64,000 bases of DNA from Dehalococcoidia bacterium (GTDB lineage: Bacteria > Chloroflexota > Dehalococcoidia > UBA2979): contig OZ253555.1 in assembly GCA_965262725.1 (NCBI GenBank), forward strand, positions 3,136,001-3,200,000. Direction: 5' to 3'. Below are positions 39,311 to 49,718 of this stretch, one piece after another (positions within the stretch are counted from its first letter, which is position 1; every line of letters begins with the position of its first letter). The notes beneath the pieces were generated by a model. It had not been told where the DNA came from. It worked only from the letters and a program-made list of their open reading frames with translations, and did not search any database. The position numbers and the translations under genes were made by a program.

Positions 39311-40215
39311 CCGAGATCGTCCATCTCGCCGTCATCGGCCTGATCGTCGGCTCCATCATCGGGCTCGGAGCGATGGGCCTCACGCTGACCTACGGGATCC
39401 TCCGCTTCGCCAACTTCGCGCACGCCGACCTGATGACTCTCGGCATGTACCTGGCCTTCTTCGTCGTCGTCGACCTGGGGCTCGCGGGCGCGGAGATCGG
39501 CCCGCTCTCCTTCGGCTGGGGGATGATCCCGGCGGCGCTCTTCGCGATCGCGGGCGTCGCGCTCTTCGCGGTTGCCTCGGATCGCATCGTCTTCCGGCGG
39601 CTGCGCGACCGCGGGAGCGGATTCCTGACGCTCGCGATCGCCTCGCTCGGAATCGGGATCATGCTGCGGGCCGCGATTCAGATCATCTGGGGACCCTCCC
39701 AGCGGCGCTACACGACTGGGATCCACGAGGCCTGGACGATCCTCGGGGACGTCAGGATCAAGCCCGATCAGCTGCTGATCTTCGCCCTCACGGCCGCCAG
39801 CGCCGCTCTTCTCTACCTGCTGCTCTACCGGACGCGCCTGGGGACGGCGATGCGTGCGACATCCGACAATCCGCAGCTCGCCGAGGCCTCGGGGATCGAC
39901 ACCGAGCGCATCCGCCAAGCGACGTGGGCGATAGCGGGCGCGCTGATCGCGGTCGCCGGCATCATGCTCGCCCTTCAGTCACAGCTCCGCTTCAACGCCG
40001 GCTTCGAGTTCATGCTGCTGCCGATGTTCGCGGCCGTCATCGTCGGCGGTATCGGAAACCCATGGGGAGCCCTCGCGGGCGGGCTGCTCGTCGGCATCTC
40101 GCAGGAGGTCTCCACAGAGTGGATCGATACGGGGTTTAAGCCGGCGATCCCCTTCGCGATCCTGATCGCGACGCTGATCGTGCGTCCGCGCGGCCTCTTC
40201 GGCTCGTCGATCTAG
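39307..40215 (+). CDS. Branched-chain amino acid ABC permease (LivH-like)
   Basis: GLTLTYGIL.FANFAH, MRATSDN, RPRGLFG. Confidence 0.9.
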   Translation: MTEIVHLAVIGLIVGSIIGLGAMGLTLTYGILRFANFAHADLMTLGMYLAFFVVVDLGLAGAEIGPLSFGWGMIPAALFAIAGVALFAVASDRIVFRRLRDRGSGFLTLAIASLGIGIMLRAAIQIIWGPSQRRYTTGIHEAWTILGDVRIKPDQLLIFALTAASAALLYLLLYRTRLGTAMRATSDNPQLAEASGIDTERIRQATWAIAGALIAVAGIMLALQSQLRFNAGFEFMLLPMFAAVIVGGIGNPWGALAGGLLVGISQEVSTEWIDTGFKPAIPFAILIATLIVRPRGLFGSSI

Positions 40216-40223
40216 GCGGCGCC

Positions 40224-41273
40224 ATGGAGATGTACGCCGGAGAGCTCCCCGCGCTGATCGCCTTTACGGGCGGACTGAACTGGACGGTCGGCTTCCTGAC
40301 GACGGTGGCGATCTTCGGCATCCTCGCGCTCGGGCTGAACATCCAGTGGGGCTACACGGGGACCATCAATTTCGGGGTGGTCGCCTTCTTCATGGTCGGC
40401 GCCTACACGAGCGCGGTGCTGACGCTCGACCCGCCGCGCGAGTTCGAGAGCTACGTCGGGGGCCTCGAGCTACCCGTCCCCGTCGGCTGGCTCGGCGCGA
40501 TGCTGGCCGGGGCGCTTCTGGCGCTCGCGGTCGGCCTCCCCACCCTGAGGCTGCGGGACGACTTCCTCGCGATCGCGACGATCGGCATCGCGACCATTCT
40601 CCGCAGCATCGCCAACACGCAGGAGGGCCTCGTCAACCGGGCGCGGGGCCTGAACGGGATCCCGCGCCCGCTCCAGGATCAGGCGACCGACGCGGGCCTC
40701 GACTACGACTGGGTGCTGCTCGCGATCGCCGTGCTGGCACTGCTCGCCGTCTATTCCGTCGTCCACCGTGCAACCGCGTCGCCCTGGGGGCGGGTACTCC
40801 GCGCCATCCGCGAGAACGAGGAGACGGCGCGGTCGGTCGGCAAGCCGACGGCGAACTACCGCGTGCAGAGCTTCGTGCTCGGGGGCGTGGTGATGGCGCT
40901 CGCCGGCGCGATCTGGGCGCACCGCACGGGCACTGTCGCCCCGGACGCGTTCGACAACTTCTTCACGTTCCTAGTCTGGACGATGCTCATCGTCGGCGGG
41001 AGCGGCAACAACCGGGGTGCGGTTTTGGGCGCCCTCGCGGTGGGACTCGTCTGGTTCGGCATCCCGCTCGTCCAGGAGGACCTGCCCGACGTGCTCGGGA
41101 CGCGGGTCTTCCAGCTGCGGCAGATGCTGATCGGGCTTGTGATCGTGGTCTTCCTGCTGCTCCGCCCGCAGGGTCTGCTTCCCGAGGAGAAGACGGTGAG
41201 CCGCCACCTGCGCGCGGGCGGCGGGCGGTCATCCCTGAGGCGGCTGCTCAGGCGGAAAACGCCGGGCGGCTAG
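40224..41273 (+). CDS. Branched-chain amino acid ABC permease (LivM-like)
   Basis: GLNIQWGYTG, LRLRDDFLAIAT, RAIRENE. Confidence 0.9.
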   Translation: MEMYAGELPALIAFTGGLNWTVGFLTTVAIFGILALGLNIQWGYTGTINFGVVAFFMVGAYTSAVLTLDPPREFESYVGGLELPVPVGWLGAMLAGALLALAVGLPTLRLRDDFLAIATIGIATILRSIANTQEGLVNRARGLNGIPRPLQDQATDAGLDYDWVLLAIAVLALLAVYSVVHRATASPWGRVLRAIRENEETARSVGKPTANYRVQSFVLGGVVMALAGAIWAHRTGTVAPDAFDNFFTFLVWTMLIVGGSGNNRGAVLGALAVGLVWFGIPLVQEDLPDVLGTRVFQLRQMLIGLVIVVFLLLRPQGLLPEEKTVSRHLRAGGGRSSLRRLLRRKTPGG

Positions 41274-41317
41274 CCACCCGGCGCGATCCCCCCGCCGCGG
41301 AACCCAGGCCCGCGATT

Positions 41318-42565
41318 CTACTCGAGGCTGAAGGGCACGACCTCCTGCTCGACGATCGCGCCGCCGACATACGCCCAGATGCCCACGTAGCCGGTCGTCA
41401 CGTCCCCGTCGGCGTTCCAGTCGAGGGTCGTCGCCGCGCCCTCGTAGTTGACGTCGTTCCCGTCGCGCACGGCCTCGAGGCCCGCCGCGACGCCCGCGGC
41501 GCCGGGGAGCACGGTGAGGCCGGGAGGCGAGGCCACGCTCACCAGCGCATCGCGGAGGGCGGCGCCCTCGAGGGAGCCGGCGGCCTCCGCGGCGAGCGCG
41601 ATCGCGATCGTGGCGTCGTACGCCTCCCGCACGAACGGGAGGGACGGCAGGGCGCCGAAGGCGGCGATGTAGCCCTGATTCCACGCCTCCGAGGCCTCTG
41701 TGTCGGGAGAAACGGGAGCGGTGCCGCGCGAGCCGTCGAGGAACTCCGCTCCGATCTCCTCGATGAGCTCCTCGCTCTTCGTGCCGTCGACGAAGACGAA
41801 CTTCTCGAAGAGACCGCTCTCGAGCGCCTCGCGGATGTAGACCTTCGCCTGCGCGGGGAAGCTGATCGCGACCAGGTGCTGGGCCCCTCCGCGGGCCGCC
41901 TGCTGCAGCTCGGCGAGGTAGGAAGGCTGTCCGTCCTCGTGCGACACCAACGTCGCCGTACCGGTGAAGCTCGCCGCGAATCCGTCAGCGAGGCCCTGCC
42001 CGTAGGCGTCGTTGAGGTAGAGCACGGCGACGTTGTCGACGCCGATCGTGCTCACGAGCTCGGCGAGCACGGGCGCCTGTGCCGCGTCGGAAATCGTGCT
42101 CCGGAAGAGGAAGCCGTCGTCCTCGACCACCGTCACGGAGGGCGAGGTGGCCGACGGCGAGATCGTGGGCACGCCGGCCCCGCCCGTCACGCTCTCCGCG
42201 ACGGCGATCGTCACCGAACTCGAGAGCGGCCCGACGATCGCGTGCACCCCCTCGACCTCCACGAGGCGCCGCGCCTCTTCGACGCCGATGTTCGGATCGA
42301 CCTGCGTGTCGCCGGTGACGAGGACGACGTCCCGGCCGTTCACGCCGCCGGCGTCGTTGACGTGCTGGATCGCGAGCTCGACGCCCGTCTGGATCTCGGG
42401 CCCGAACTCGGCGAGCGGACCGGAGAAATCGGCGAGGAAGCCGATCTTCAGCTCGTCGCTTTCCTCGCCGCAGGCCGGGGCTAGCACCATGGCCATCGCG
42501 GCCGCAGCAACAAGAAGGACGGCGGCGATCCGCACGAGTCGGCGCCGGTCATGAATGTCGACCAT
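41318..42565 (-). CDS. LivJ/K-like ABC substrate-binding lipoprotein
   Basis: APAC lipobox, VNDAGGVNG, ISPSATSP, NDAYGQG. Confidence 0.88.
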   Translation of the reverse strand: MVDIHDRRRLVRIAAVLLVAAAAMAMVLAPACGEESDELKIGFLADFSGPLAEFGPEIQTGVELAIQHVNDAGGVNGRDVVLVTGDTQVDPNIGVEEARRLVEVEGVHAIVGPLSSSVTIAVAESVTGGAGVPTISPSATSPSVTVVEDDGFLFRSTISDAAQAPVLAELVSTIGVDNVAVLYLNDAYGQGLADGFAASFTGTATLVSHEDGQPSYLAELQQAARGGAQHLVAISFPAQAKVYIREALESGLFEKFVFVDGTKSEELIEEIGAEFLDGSRGTAPVSPDTEASEAWNQGYIAAFGALPSLPFVREAYDATIAIALAAEAAGSLEGAALRDALVSVASPPGLTVLPGAAGVAAGLEAVRDGNDVNYEGAATTLDWNADGDVTTGYVGIWAYVGGAIVEQEVVPFSLE

Positions 42566-42766
42566 CGAGCACGCTCCCCTGATAGATCGGGAAGCGGCTC
42601 GGGCGCGCTCCCGACTCGCCGTGTCACGCATGCCGGAGTGTAGGGAGGCGCCGATCGCGGCGCAATCGCGACGGCGTCCCGGCGGGCGGCGACCGGGATC
42701 GCCGACGTCGCGCGGAACTTCGGTGCCTGTCATGCTGTGTCGCGGAGGCGGGGGGACGGGAGCACC

Positions 42767-44209
42767 GTGTCCGGCCGCTGCCTGCTCCACGCCGTCCTCA
42801 CCGTCGCGCTGCTGGCCCTCGCCGCACCCTCCGCCTCCGCGGTGCACGCCGCGGCAGAGAGCGGCTCCGCCGGGCCGCTCGAGCGCCCCGCGCCCGCGCT
42901 CGGAGCCGGCGACCTGGTCGTGATCCACGCCGACGGCGATTGCCTGAACCTCCGCCAGGCCCCCGGCCTCACCGCGCAGATCCTCGAATGCCTGCCCGAA
43001 CAGACCACGCTGACCGCGCTATACGGAACGGAGACGGTCGGCGGCGAGCTCTGGCGGGAGGTCGCGGGCGCCGGACTGCACGGGTGGGTCTCGGAGCGCT
43101 ATCTCACGCCGGCGCCTCCCTCGCTCGGTTGCGGCGGCTCGGCCTCGATCCCGGTCGGCATCAGCGGACCCGACTCGTTCCGCACCGGCCTCGCCCTCTT
43201 CGTCTGGGGCGGCGGGACCGTCGAGGGGATTCACGACGCAGCGATGGCGCGCGGATGCAGCCCCCAGTCCATCTGGGCCACCGCGCCGGACGGAGCGATG
43301 GTCGGCTACGTCTTCGGGGCGCCCGCGTTCGTCAACCGCGGCTGGTTCGAACTCTTCCCCGGCGGGCGGATCCCCGCGCCGCGCGCGCTGATCATGCGCT
43401 GCGACGATGCCCCGGAGAGCGCCCCAGGCGCCTCGCGCGCCGCCTCCACCCGGGCGCCGGTCCTCGGCGCAGACCCCGCTCCGGAGATCGGCGCCGAGGC
43501 CGCGATCGTCGTCGACGGGGAGTCGGGCGACGTGCTCTTCGAGGAGGACGCCCGCCGGCCGCTCCCGCCTGCGAGCCTCACCAAGATCGCGACCGCGATC
43601 GTCGCGCTCGAGGGAGCCGCCCTCGACGCCTGGGCGGTGAGCGACGTCGACGCTTCGGAGATGCCCGACTCCAGCCTAATGGAGCTGCGCCGCGGCGACT
43701 GCTTCACCGTGTCGGACCTGCTCTACGGCTTGCTGGTCCCCTCGGGGAACGACGCGGCGCTCGCGCTCGGGCGCTACATCGCCGGCGATGATGAGGCCTT
43801 CGTGGACCGCATGCATACGATGCTCGACCGGCTCGGCCTCGGGGAGACGACGTTCATCGACCCGCACGGGCTCGGCGGCGATGGGCACGAGAGCTCCGCG
43901 TACGACATCGCGATGCTCGCGAGGTACGCGATGCAGATCCCGGAGTTCCGCGAGATCGTCTCGACGCGCTCGCACACCGCCCTCGGCACGCGCACCCTCT
44001 CGCTGAGCACCGTCAACTACTTCCTCGACCTCTACGACGGAGCCGATGGAGTGAAGACCGGATTCACGGAGGAGGCCGGTTACACCTTCGCCGGCTCCGC
44101 CACAAGGGAGGGGCGGCGCCTCTACGCCGTTGTGCTCAACTCGCCCGACCGGTTCACCGACGCCGAGCGGTTGCTCGACTGGGCCTTCGCGTCGTTCGAC
44201 TTCCCGTAG
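42767..44209 (+). CDS. D-alanyl-D-alanine carboxypeptidase (S11) with N-terminal SH3-like and unknown domain
   Basis: PASLTK (SxxK), SGNDAA (SxN), KTG; CLNLRQAPG...GWVSERYL. Confidence 0.88.
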   Translation: MSGRCLLHAVLTVALLALAAPSASAVHAAAESGSAGPLERPAPALGAGDLVVIHADGDCLNLRQAPGLTAQILECLPEQTTLTALYGTETVGGELWREVAGAGLHGWVSERYLTPAPPSLGCGGSASIPVGISGPDSFRTGLALFVWGGGTVEGIHDAAMARGCSPQSIWATAPDGAMVGYVFGAPAFVNRGWFELFPGGRIPAPRALIMRCDDAPESAPGASRAASTRAPVLGADPAPEIGAEAAIVVDGESGDVLFEEDARRPLPPASLTKIATAIVALEGAALDAWAVSDVDASEMPDSSLMELRRGDCFTVSDLLYGLLVPSGNDAALALGRYIAGDDEAFVDRMHTMLDRLGLGETTFIDPHGLGGDGHESSAYDIAMLARYAMQIPEFREIVSTRSHTALGTRTLSLSTVNYFLDLYDGADGVKTGFTEEAGYTFAGSATREGRRLYAVVLNSPDRFTDAERLLDWAFASFDFP

Positions 44210-44322
44210 CCGCTGGCCCTGCGCCCGGGCCGGGCGCAGGGAGGTGGTCCAGGGATCCCGCGGGGGCGCACCGGGGGTGACGTACACTCCGGCGGCGGAG
44301 GCGGAGACGGCGGAGGGCCCCG

Positions 44323-45300
44323 GTGGAGATCTCGCTCGGGCTCGCGCCCCGCGCCGAGGCAGTCGCCCACGCCGCCCGCGCCGAGCAACTCGGCTTCGCA
44401 CGCGTCTGGCTCTTTGACTCGCCCGCGCTCTTCGCCGACGTGTGGATGACGCTCGCCCTCGTCGCCGGGCGCACGTGCCGCATCGGCATCGGACCGGCCG
44501 TGCTCGGCCCGCACCTGAGGCACCCGGTCCCGCAGGCCTCGGCGATCGCCACGCTGGAATCGATGGCGCCGGGGCGGGTTGCCGCCGCCTTCGGCACCGG
44601 GCTCACCAGCCGCCTCGCGCTCGGCCAGCGCCCGCTACGCTGGTCCGAGGTCGCGCGCCATCTCTCCCAGGTTCGCGCTCTCCTGTGCGGGGGGACCGTC
44701 GATGTCGACGGCGCCGCCGCGCGGCTGATCCACCTCCCGGGCTACCTGCCCCGGCGGCCGATCCAGGTGCCGCTCCTGCTCGCGGCCGACGGACCCCGCG
44801 GACGCGCCGTGGCCGGAGAACTCGCCGACGGCATCGTCTGCACGCGGCCCCGGCCCGGCTTCCCGCGGTGTGCCGTGCTCGCAGTCGGGACGGTGCTCGG
44901 CGAGGGGGAGGCCCCCGACTCGGAGAGGGCGCTCATCCCGGCCCGCATCTGGTCGGCGCTCCGCTACCACGCGGCGTTCGAGCGTGACCCGGAATCGGTC
45001 GACGAGCTTCCGGGTGGAGCCGCGTGGCGGCGCGACCTGGAAAGCCGCCCGGCGGGAGAGCGGCACCTCGACCTCCACGTCGGCCACCTCGCCGCGCTCA
45101 ACGAGCGGGACGCGAGGTACGTCCAGCCGCTGCGCAGTCGCTCCGTGCTGACCGGCACTGCGCCGGAGCTGCGCGCCCGGCTACGCGAGCTGGAGGCGGC
45201 CGGGGCGACCGAGTTGATCTGGGTCCCCCTCGGGGACGCGATCGAGCGCGAGATTGAGACGTTCGCCACGGCGACCGGCCTCTCGGCGAGGACTCCGTGA
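44323..45300 (+). CDS. LLM class flavin/F420-dependent oxidoreductase
   Basis: WLFDSP, GIGPAVL.P.LRHP, AGELADG. Confidence 0.85.
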   Translation: MEISLGLAPRAEAVAHAARAEQLGFARVWLFDSPALFADVWMTLALVAGRTCRIGIGPAVLGPHLRHPVPQASAIATLESMAPGRVAAAFGTGLTSRLALGQRPLRWSEVARHLSQVRALLCGGTVDVDGAAARLIHLPGYLPRRPIQVPLLLAADGPRGRAVAGELADGIVCTRPRPGFPRCAVLAVGTVLGEGEAPDSERALIPARIWSALRYHAAFERDPESVDELPGGAAWRRDLESRPAGERHLDLHVGHLAALNERDARYVQPLRSRSVLTGTAPELRARLRELEAAGATELIWVPLGDAIEREIETFATATGLSARTP

Positions 45301-47894
45301 CGCGCCGCCCGCTGCGGGACATGCCCCTCGCAGAGCGGGATGACCCCGCCTCCACGGAGGGACGGGAGGGGGCGCTCGCGGGGCTCCGCGTCGTGGAACT
45401 CGGCGAGGGCGTCGCGGTGCCCTACGCTGGCAAGCTCCTCTCCGATCTCGGCGCCGATGTCGCCAAGATCGAGCCGCCGGGGGGCGATCGCGCGCGGCGG
45501 GCGGGACCCTTTCCGGCCGACCACCCCGATCCGGAGGCGAGCGCGCTCTTCCTCTACGAGAACACGAACAAGCGCGGCCTGGTGCTCGACGTGAGCCATC
45601 CGACCGGCCACCGCGTCCTCGACTCCCTGCTCGGCCGGGCGGACCTCCTTCTCACCGACCGCCCGCCCGAGCAGCTCGACGCACTCCGCCTCACGGCTCA
45701 GGAGCTCACCGACCGGCATCCCCACCTCATCACGGTCGCGATCACGCCCTACGGGATCGACGGCCCGCGGGCGGGCTGGCGCGGGGGCGAGCTTGTGGCG
45801 TGGGCGGCGAGCGGGCTCGCCCACGGGACGCCCGGTCTCCCGGACAGCGCCGCAGACGCGGAGGCCGAACCTCCTCTCCACCCGGGCGCTCCCATCGCGG
45901 AGACGATCACCGGGGTGACGGCGGCGTTCGCCGCGCTGGTCGCGCTCTTCGGGCGAGACGGCTACGGCGAAGCGGGGGGGACGGGCCGCGGCAGCTTCCT
46001 CGATCTGTCGATGCAGGCGGCCGTCGCCTCGCTCGAGCAGCGAGACCACATCGCGTGGTCGTACGCCCGCTTCCGGGCGAACCGCCTCGCCACGAGCATC
46101 GGGCGGATGCCGAACTGCTACGTGCCCTGCGCCGACGGCTACGTCGCGGTCGCCGCGCCCTGGGACCACCAGTGGAGGCGGCTCGTCACCCTGCTCGGCG
46201 ACCCGGACTGGGCGAGCTCGCCGCTCTTCTCGACGGCCGAGGCGCGGGGCGAGAACTGGGACGCGCTGAAGCTGCTGCTGAGCGAGTGGGCGGGTCGGCT
46301 GCAGGGCGTTGAGATCACCAGGCGGGCCGGCGAGCACGGGCTGCCGTTCTTCCACTTCCACGCGGTCTCAGATCTCGTATCGTCCCCGCAGGTCGCCGCG
46401 CGCTCGAGCCTCGTCGAGGCGCCGTGCGGAAGCGCCACGATGCGCATCCCCGGTGCGCCGATCCAGCTCGACGGCACGCCGTGGCGCCTTCGCCGTCCGG
46501 CCCCCTCTCTCGGCGAGCACACCGGCGAGGTGCTCGCCGACTGGCTGGGATGGGAGGAGGGCGTGCCCGCGCGGCGCGGCGAGGAGACCCCACCCGGGCG
46601 CGTGGAGGAGGATCCTCTCGACCGGGGCCCGACGCGGGACGGGGGACTGGGGAGTACCGGTGCCGGCCGGCGAACCGGGACACTCCCCCTCGCCGGGATG
46701 CGCGTCCTCGATCTGGGGCAGGTGGTGGCGATCCCGTTCGCCACGCAATGGCTGGCGCGAATGGGCGCCGACGTGCTGCTGGTCGAATCCTCGAAGCACA
46801 TGACCACGCGCGAGCTGCCGCCCTACGGGGACGGCCGACCGCGCCACCACGACAACGCGGGCCACTTCAACCTGCTCAACGGCGCGAAGAGAAGCATCCG
46901 GCTCGACCTCGAGACGGAGCAGGGCCGCGACCTCGTTCGCCGGCTGCTCCCCCACTGCGACGTGCTCGTCGACAACTTCAAGACCGGTGTGCTGGAGCGG
47001 ATGGGGCTCGGCCCCGAGGTCGTGCGCGAGCTCCACCCCTCGGTCGTGCAGCTCTCCCTTGGCGCGTTCGGGCGCACGGGGCCGATGCGCTTCCATCCCG
47101 GGCTTCACAGCGCGGTCAACCTCTTCTCGGGGATGGCGGACGTGACGGGATACGCGGGCGGTGCCCCGCGGCTGCTCGGCGGCTTGCTGCCGGACGCGAT
47201 CGCGGGCGCCCACGTCGCGTGGGTCCTGCTCGCCGCGCTCAGACACCGGGACGCCACGGGCGAGGGACAGTACATCGACGGCGCGATGTACGAGACGCTG
47301 CTTCCGCTGATCGCGGGGCCGATAGCCGACTACGCGATGAACGGCCGAGCGCCCGTCCGCCGCGGCAACCGCGATCCGGTGCTCGTCCCGCACGGCGTCT
47401 ATCCCGCGCTCGGCGAGGACGACTGGGTCGCTGTGGCGGCAGCGGACGAGGGGGAGTGGCGTGCGCTCTGCGGCGTGATCGGCCGGGAGGAGTGGACGCG
47501 CGACCCGGCGCTTCAGACGGCCGCGGGCCGCCGGGGGCGCGAGGATGCGATCGACGAGGCGATCGCATCCTGGACGCGGGAGCGCTCGCCGCTCGCCGCG
47601 GCGGAGGCGCTGCAGCACGCGGGTGTGACGGCGGCGCCGGTGCTCCTCTCCGCCGAGGCCCTGGCCGATCCGCAGCTCATCCACCGGGGCTTCGTGGTGG
47701 AGACGGAGCACCCGGTCTCGGGTCGGCGACGGCACTACGGCGTGCCGTGGCGCCCGGTCGACACGGGGGCGCCCACTCCCGACCTCGCACCGGCGCCGCT
47801 CCTCGGCGAGCACACGCGCGAGGTGCTCGGCGGGCTGCTGGGCCTCGACGCCGGAACGCTCGACGAACTCGAAGCCGCGGGCGTCTTCACGTAG
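45297..47894 (+). CDS. CaiB/BaiF family III CoA-transferase, two fused domains
   Basis: Two L.G.RV.EL/DL...GADV units; two APSLGEH/APLLGEH ends. Confidence 0.9.
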   Translation: MTRRPLRDMPLAERDDPASTEGREGALAGLRVVELGEGVAVPYAGKLLSDLGADVAKIEPPGGDRARRAGPFPADHPDPEASALFLYENTNKRGLVLDVSHPTGHRVLDSLLGRADLLLTDRPPEQLDALRLTAQELTDRHPHLITVAITPYGIDGPRAGWRGGELVAWAASGLAHGTPGLPDSAADAEAEPPLHPGAPIAETITGVTAAFAALVALFGRDGYGEAGGTGRGSFLDLSMQAAVASLEQRDHIAWSYARFRANRLATSIGRMPNCYVPCADGYVAVAAPWDHQWRRLVTLLGDPDWASSPLFSTAEARGENWDALKLLLSEWAGRLQGVEITRRAGEHGLPFFHFHAVSDLVSSPQVAARSSLVEAPCGSATMRIPGAPIQLDGTPWRLRRPAPSLGEHTGEVLADWLGWEEGVPARRGEETPPGRVEEDPLDRGPTRDGGLGSTGAGRRTGTLPLAGMRVLDLGQVVAIPFATQWLARMGADVLLVESSKHMTTRELPPYGDGRPRHHDNAGHFNLLNGAKRSIRLDLETEQGRDLVRRLLPHCDVLVDNFKTGVLERMGLGPEVVRELHPSVVQLSLGAFGRTGPMRFHPGLHSAVNLFSGMADVTGYAGGAPRLLGGLLPDAIAGAHVAWVLLAALRHRDATGEGQYIDGAMYETLLPLIAGPIADYAMNGRAPVRRGNRDPVLVPHGVYPALGEDDWVAVAAADEGEWRALCGVIGREEWTRDPALQTAAGRRGREDAIDEAIASWTRERSPLAAAEALQHAGVTAAPVLLSAEALADPQLIHRGFVVETEHPVSGRRRHYGVPWRPVDTGAPTPDLAPAPLLGEHTREVLGGLLGLDAGTLDELEAAGVFT

Positions 47895-47973
47895 GAGCGG
47901 ACGGCGGCGCCGAAGCGCGCCTCCTACCGCCGCCGGTCGATGGGGCCCGCGCGCACCGGCCGCAGCGGCCCGC

Positions 47974-48690
47974 TCACGGCGCTCTGCCGAGCTCTCCTAC
48001 GCGCCACCCGCCGGTCGCGCCCTCGTCTATCAGCCGCAACGTGCGCGAGAGGATCGCCGGCACCGCATCGGCGATTCGCTCTGCCGCGCGGCGGCCGCTC
48101 TCCACGAGCTCTTCGTCGGGGACCACCATGCTCGCGATCCCGGCCTCGACCGCCTCGCGGCCCGAGAGCGGGATGCCGAGGAGCAGGTAGCTCTTCGCGC
48201 GCATCGGGCCCATCACGTGGCCGATGCGGCGCAGCCACGCATCGTCTGCGAAGCCTCCCATGCGCGGCTCCGGCTCCGAGATCCGTGCTCCTTCGGCGGC
48301 GATCACGATGTCGGCCGCGGCCGCGATCTGGGTGCCGGCGCCGATGCAGTGGCCGTGCACGAGGCTCACCACCGGCTTCGGGAACAGGTCGATGCGCTTC
48401 GCGATCCGGTACATCTCGGCGACGTTCCCGGCGGGCCTCACGCCCTGCTGCGCGTAGCGATCCATCTCGGCCCGATCGAGGCCGGCGCAGAAGCCGCGCG
48501 GTCCCGTCCCGCGCAGCAGGACGACGCGGACCGCATCGTCGAGCTCCGCGTCGTCGAGCGCCGCGTCCATCGCGGCCAGCATCGGTTCGGTCATCGCGTT
48601 CACCTTCTCGGGCCGGTTGAGCGCAATGGTGAGCGCCTCGCCGCCGGCCGCCATCGGCTCCCGCTCCGCGATCAGTTGCGATTCCATCAT
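47974..48690 (-). CDS. Enoyl-CoA hydratase/isomerase family protein
   Basis: LNRPEKVNAM, FCAGLD, PKPVVSLVHGHCIGAG. Confidence 0.88.
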   Translation of the reverse strand: MMESQLIAEREPMAAGGEALTIALNRPEKVNAMTEPMLAAMDAALDDAELDDAVRVVLLRGTGPRGFCAGLDRAEMDRYAQQGVRPAGNVAEMYRIAKRIDLFPKPVVSLVHGHCIGAGTQIAAAADIVIAAEGARISEPEPRMGGFADDAWLRRIGHVMGPMRAKSYLLLGIPLSGREAVEAGIASMVVPDEELVESGRRAAERIADAVPAILSRTLRLIDEGATGGWRVGELGRAP

Positions 48691-48868
48691 GACCCCACCC
48701 CCGTTCCGCTCGCCCGGCCGCCCGATTCTAGGACCCGGCCGCGACGTGCTCCGCGTGACGGCGAGCCGGCCGCTTCCGTGAGGCACGGACCGCCGTGCGG
48801 CTCGCCCGGAGAGCGTAGTATTCCAGGAGAGGCCGGATGCAGCTGAGCCGTCACCGGAGGATAGAACG

Positions 48869-49714
48869 ATGCAGGGAACAGCGACGTCACGACTAAAGCG
48901 GGGATTCGTTCTCAGCCCCCACGGCAACATCGAGTACTTCGAGGTCGGGAACGGCGAGCCGCTCGTCATGCTCCACTCGACGCCGAACTCCTGCATGGCC
49001 TACCGCGACATCGCCCCGCTCCTCGCCGCCGACTGCCGCGTGATCGCGATGAGCACCATGGGATACGGGCAGTCCGACCGTCCCCCCGAGCCCTACACGA
49101 CGCTGACCGAATTCGCACGAGCCGTGACCTGGCTGCTCGACGGCCTCGGGCTCGAGAAGGCGAGCGTCTACGGGAACAGCACGGGTTCGCAGATCGCACT
49201 GGTGCTCGCCGCCGAGTTCCCGGAGCGCGTCGACAAGCTGATCCTGGAGGAGGTCTTCAACTGGGGGACCCCCTCGCGGCGTGCCGTCCACGAGCGCCTG
49301 CACCGTTACTACGAGCAGAGCCCGGACGGGAGCCACCTCCTCGACCTGTGGAAGAAGGTGGGTGGCGACCGGCCCGGCGCCGACCTGAAGCTCACGAGCG
49401 AGCGCTTCCTCAACAACCTGATCGTGAACTCCACGGAGGGTGCCGAGGCTTACGGCCAGATGGGGTGGGAGGGCGCGGGCCCCTACGCGATGACGCACCT
49501 CGACATCTGGGAGTCGGCCAGCCGGATCCAGGCGCCGACGCTCGTGCTCCACGGCACCACGAGCCAGCTCGGACGCTCGCACGAGAAGTTCCTCGCCACG
49601 ATCCCGCACGCCCGGGGCCTGCGCCTTCCGAGCTCGGGGAACTTCAAGCCCGGACAGGCGCCCGAGCTGTGGCTGGAGGAGGTTCGCTCCTTCCTCCGCG
49701 ACCACGAGCGCTAG
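48869..49714 (+). CDS. Alpha/beta fold hydrolase-like protein (atypical catalytic His position)
   Basis: GYGQSD, GNSTG, IQAPTLVLHG. Confidence 0.85.
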   Translation: MQGTATSRLKRGFVLSPHGNIEYFEVGNGEPLVMLHSTPNSCMAYRDIAPLLAADCRVIAMSTMGYGQSDRPPEPYTTLTEFARAVTWLLDGLGLEKASVYGNSTGSQIALVLAAEFPERVDKLILEEVFNWGTPSRRAVHERLHRYYEQSPDGSHLLDLWKKVGGDRPGADLKLTSERFLNNLIVNSTEGAEAYGQMGWEGAGPYAMTHLDIWESASRIQAPTLVLHGTTSQLGRSHEKFLATIPHARGLRLPSSGNFKPGQAPELWLEEVRSFLRDHER

Positions 49715-49718
49715 GGGC

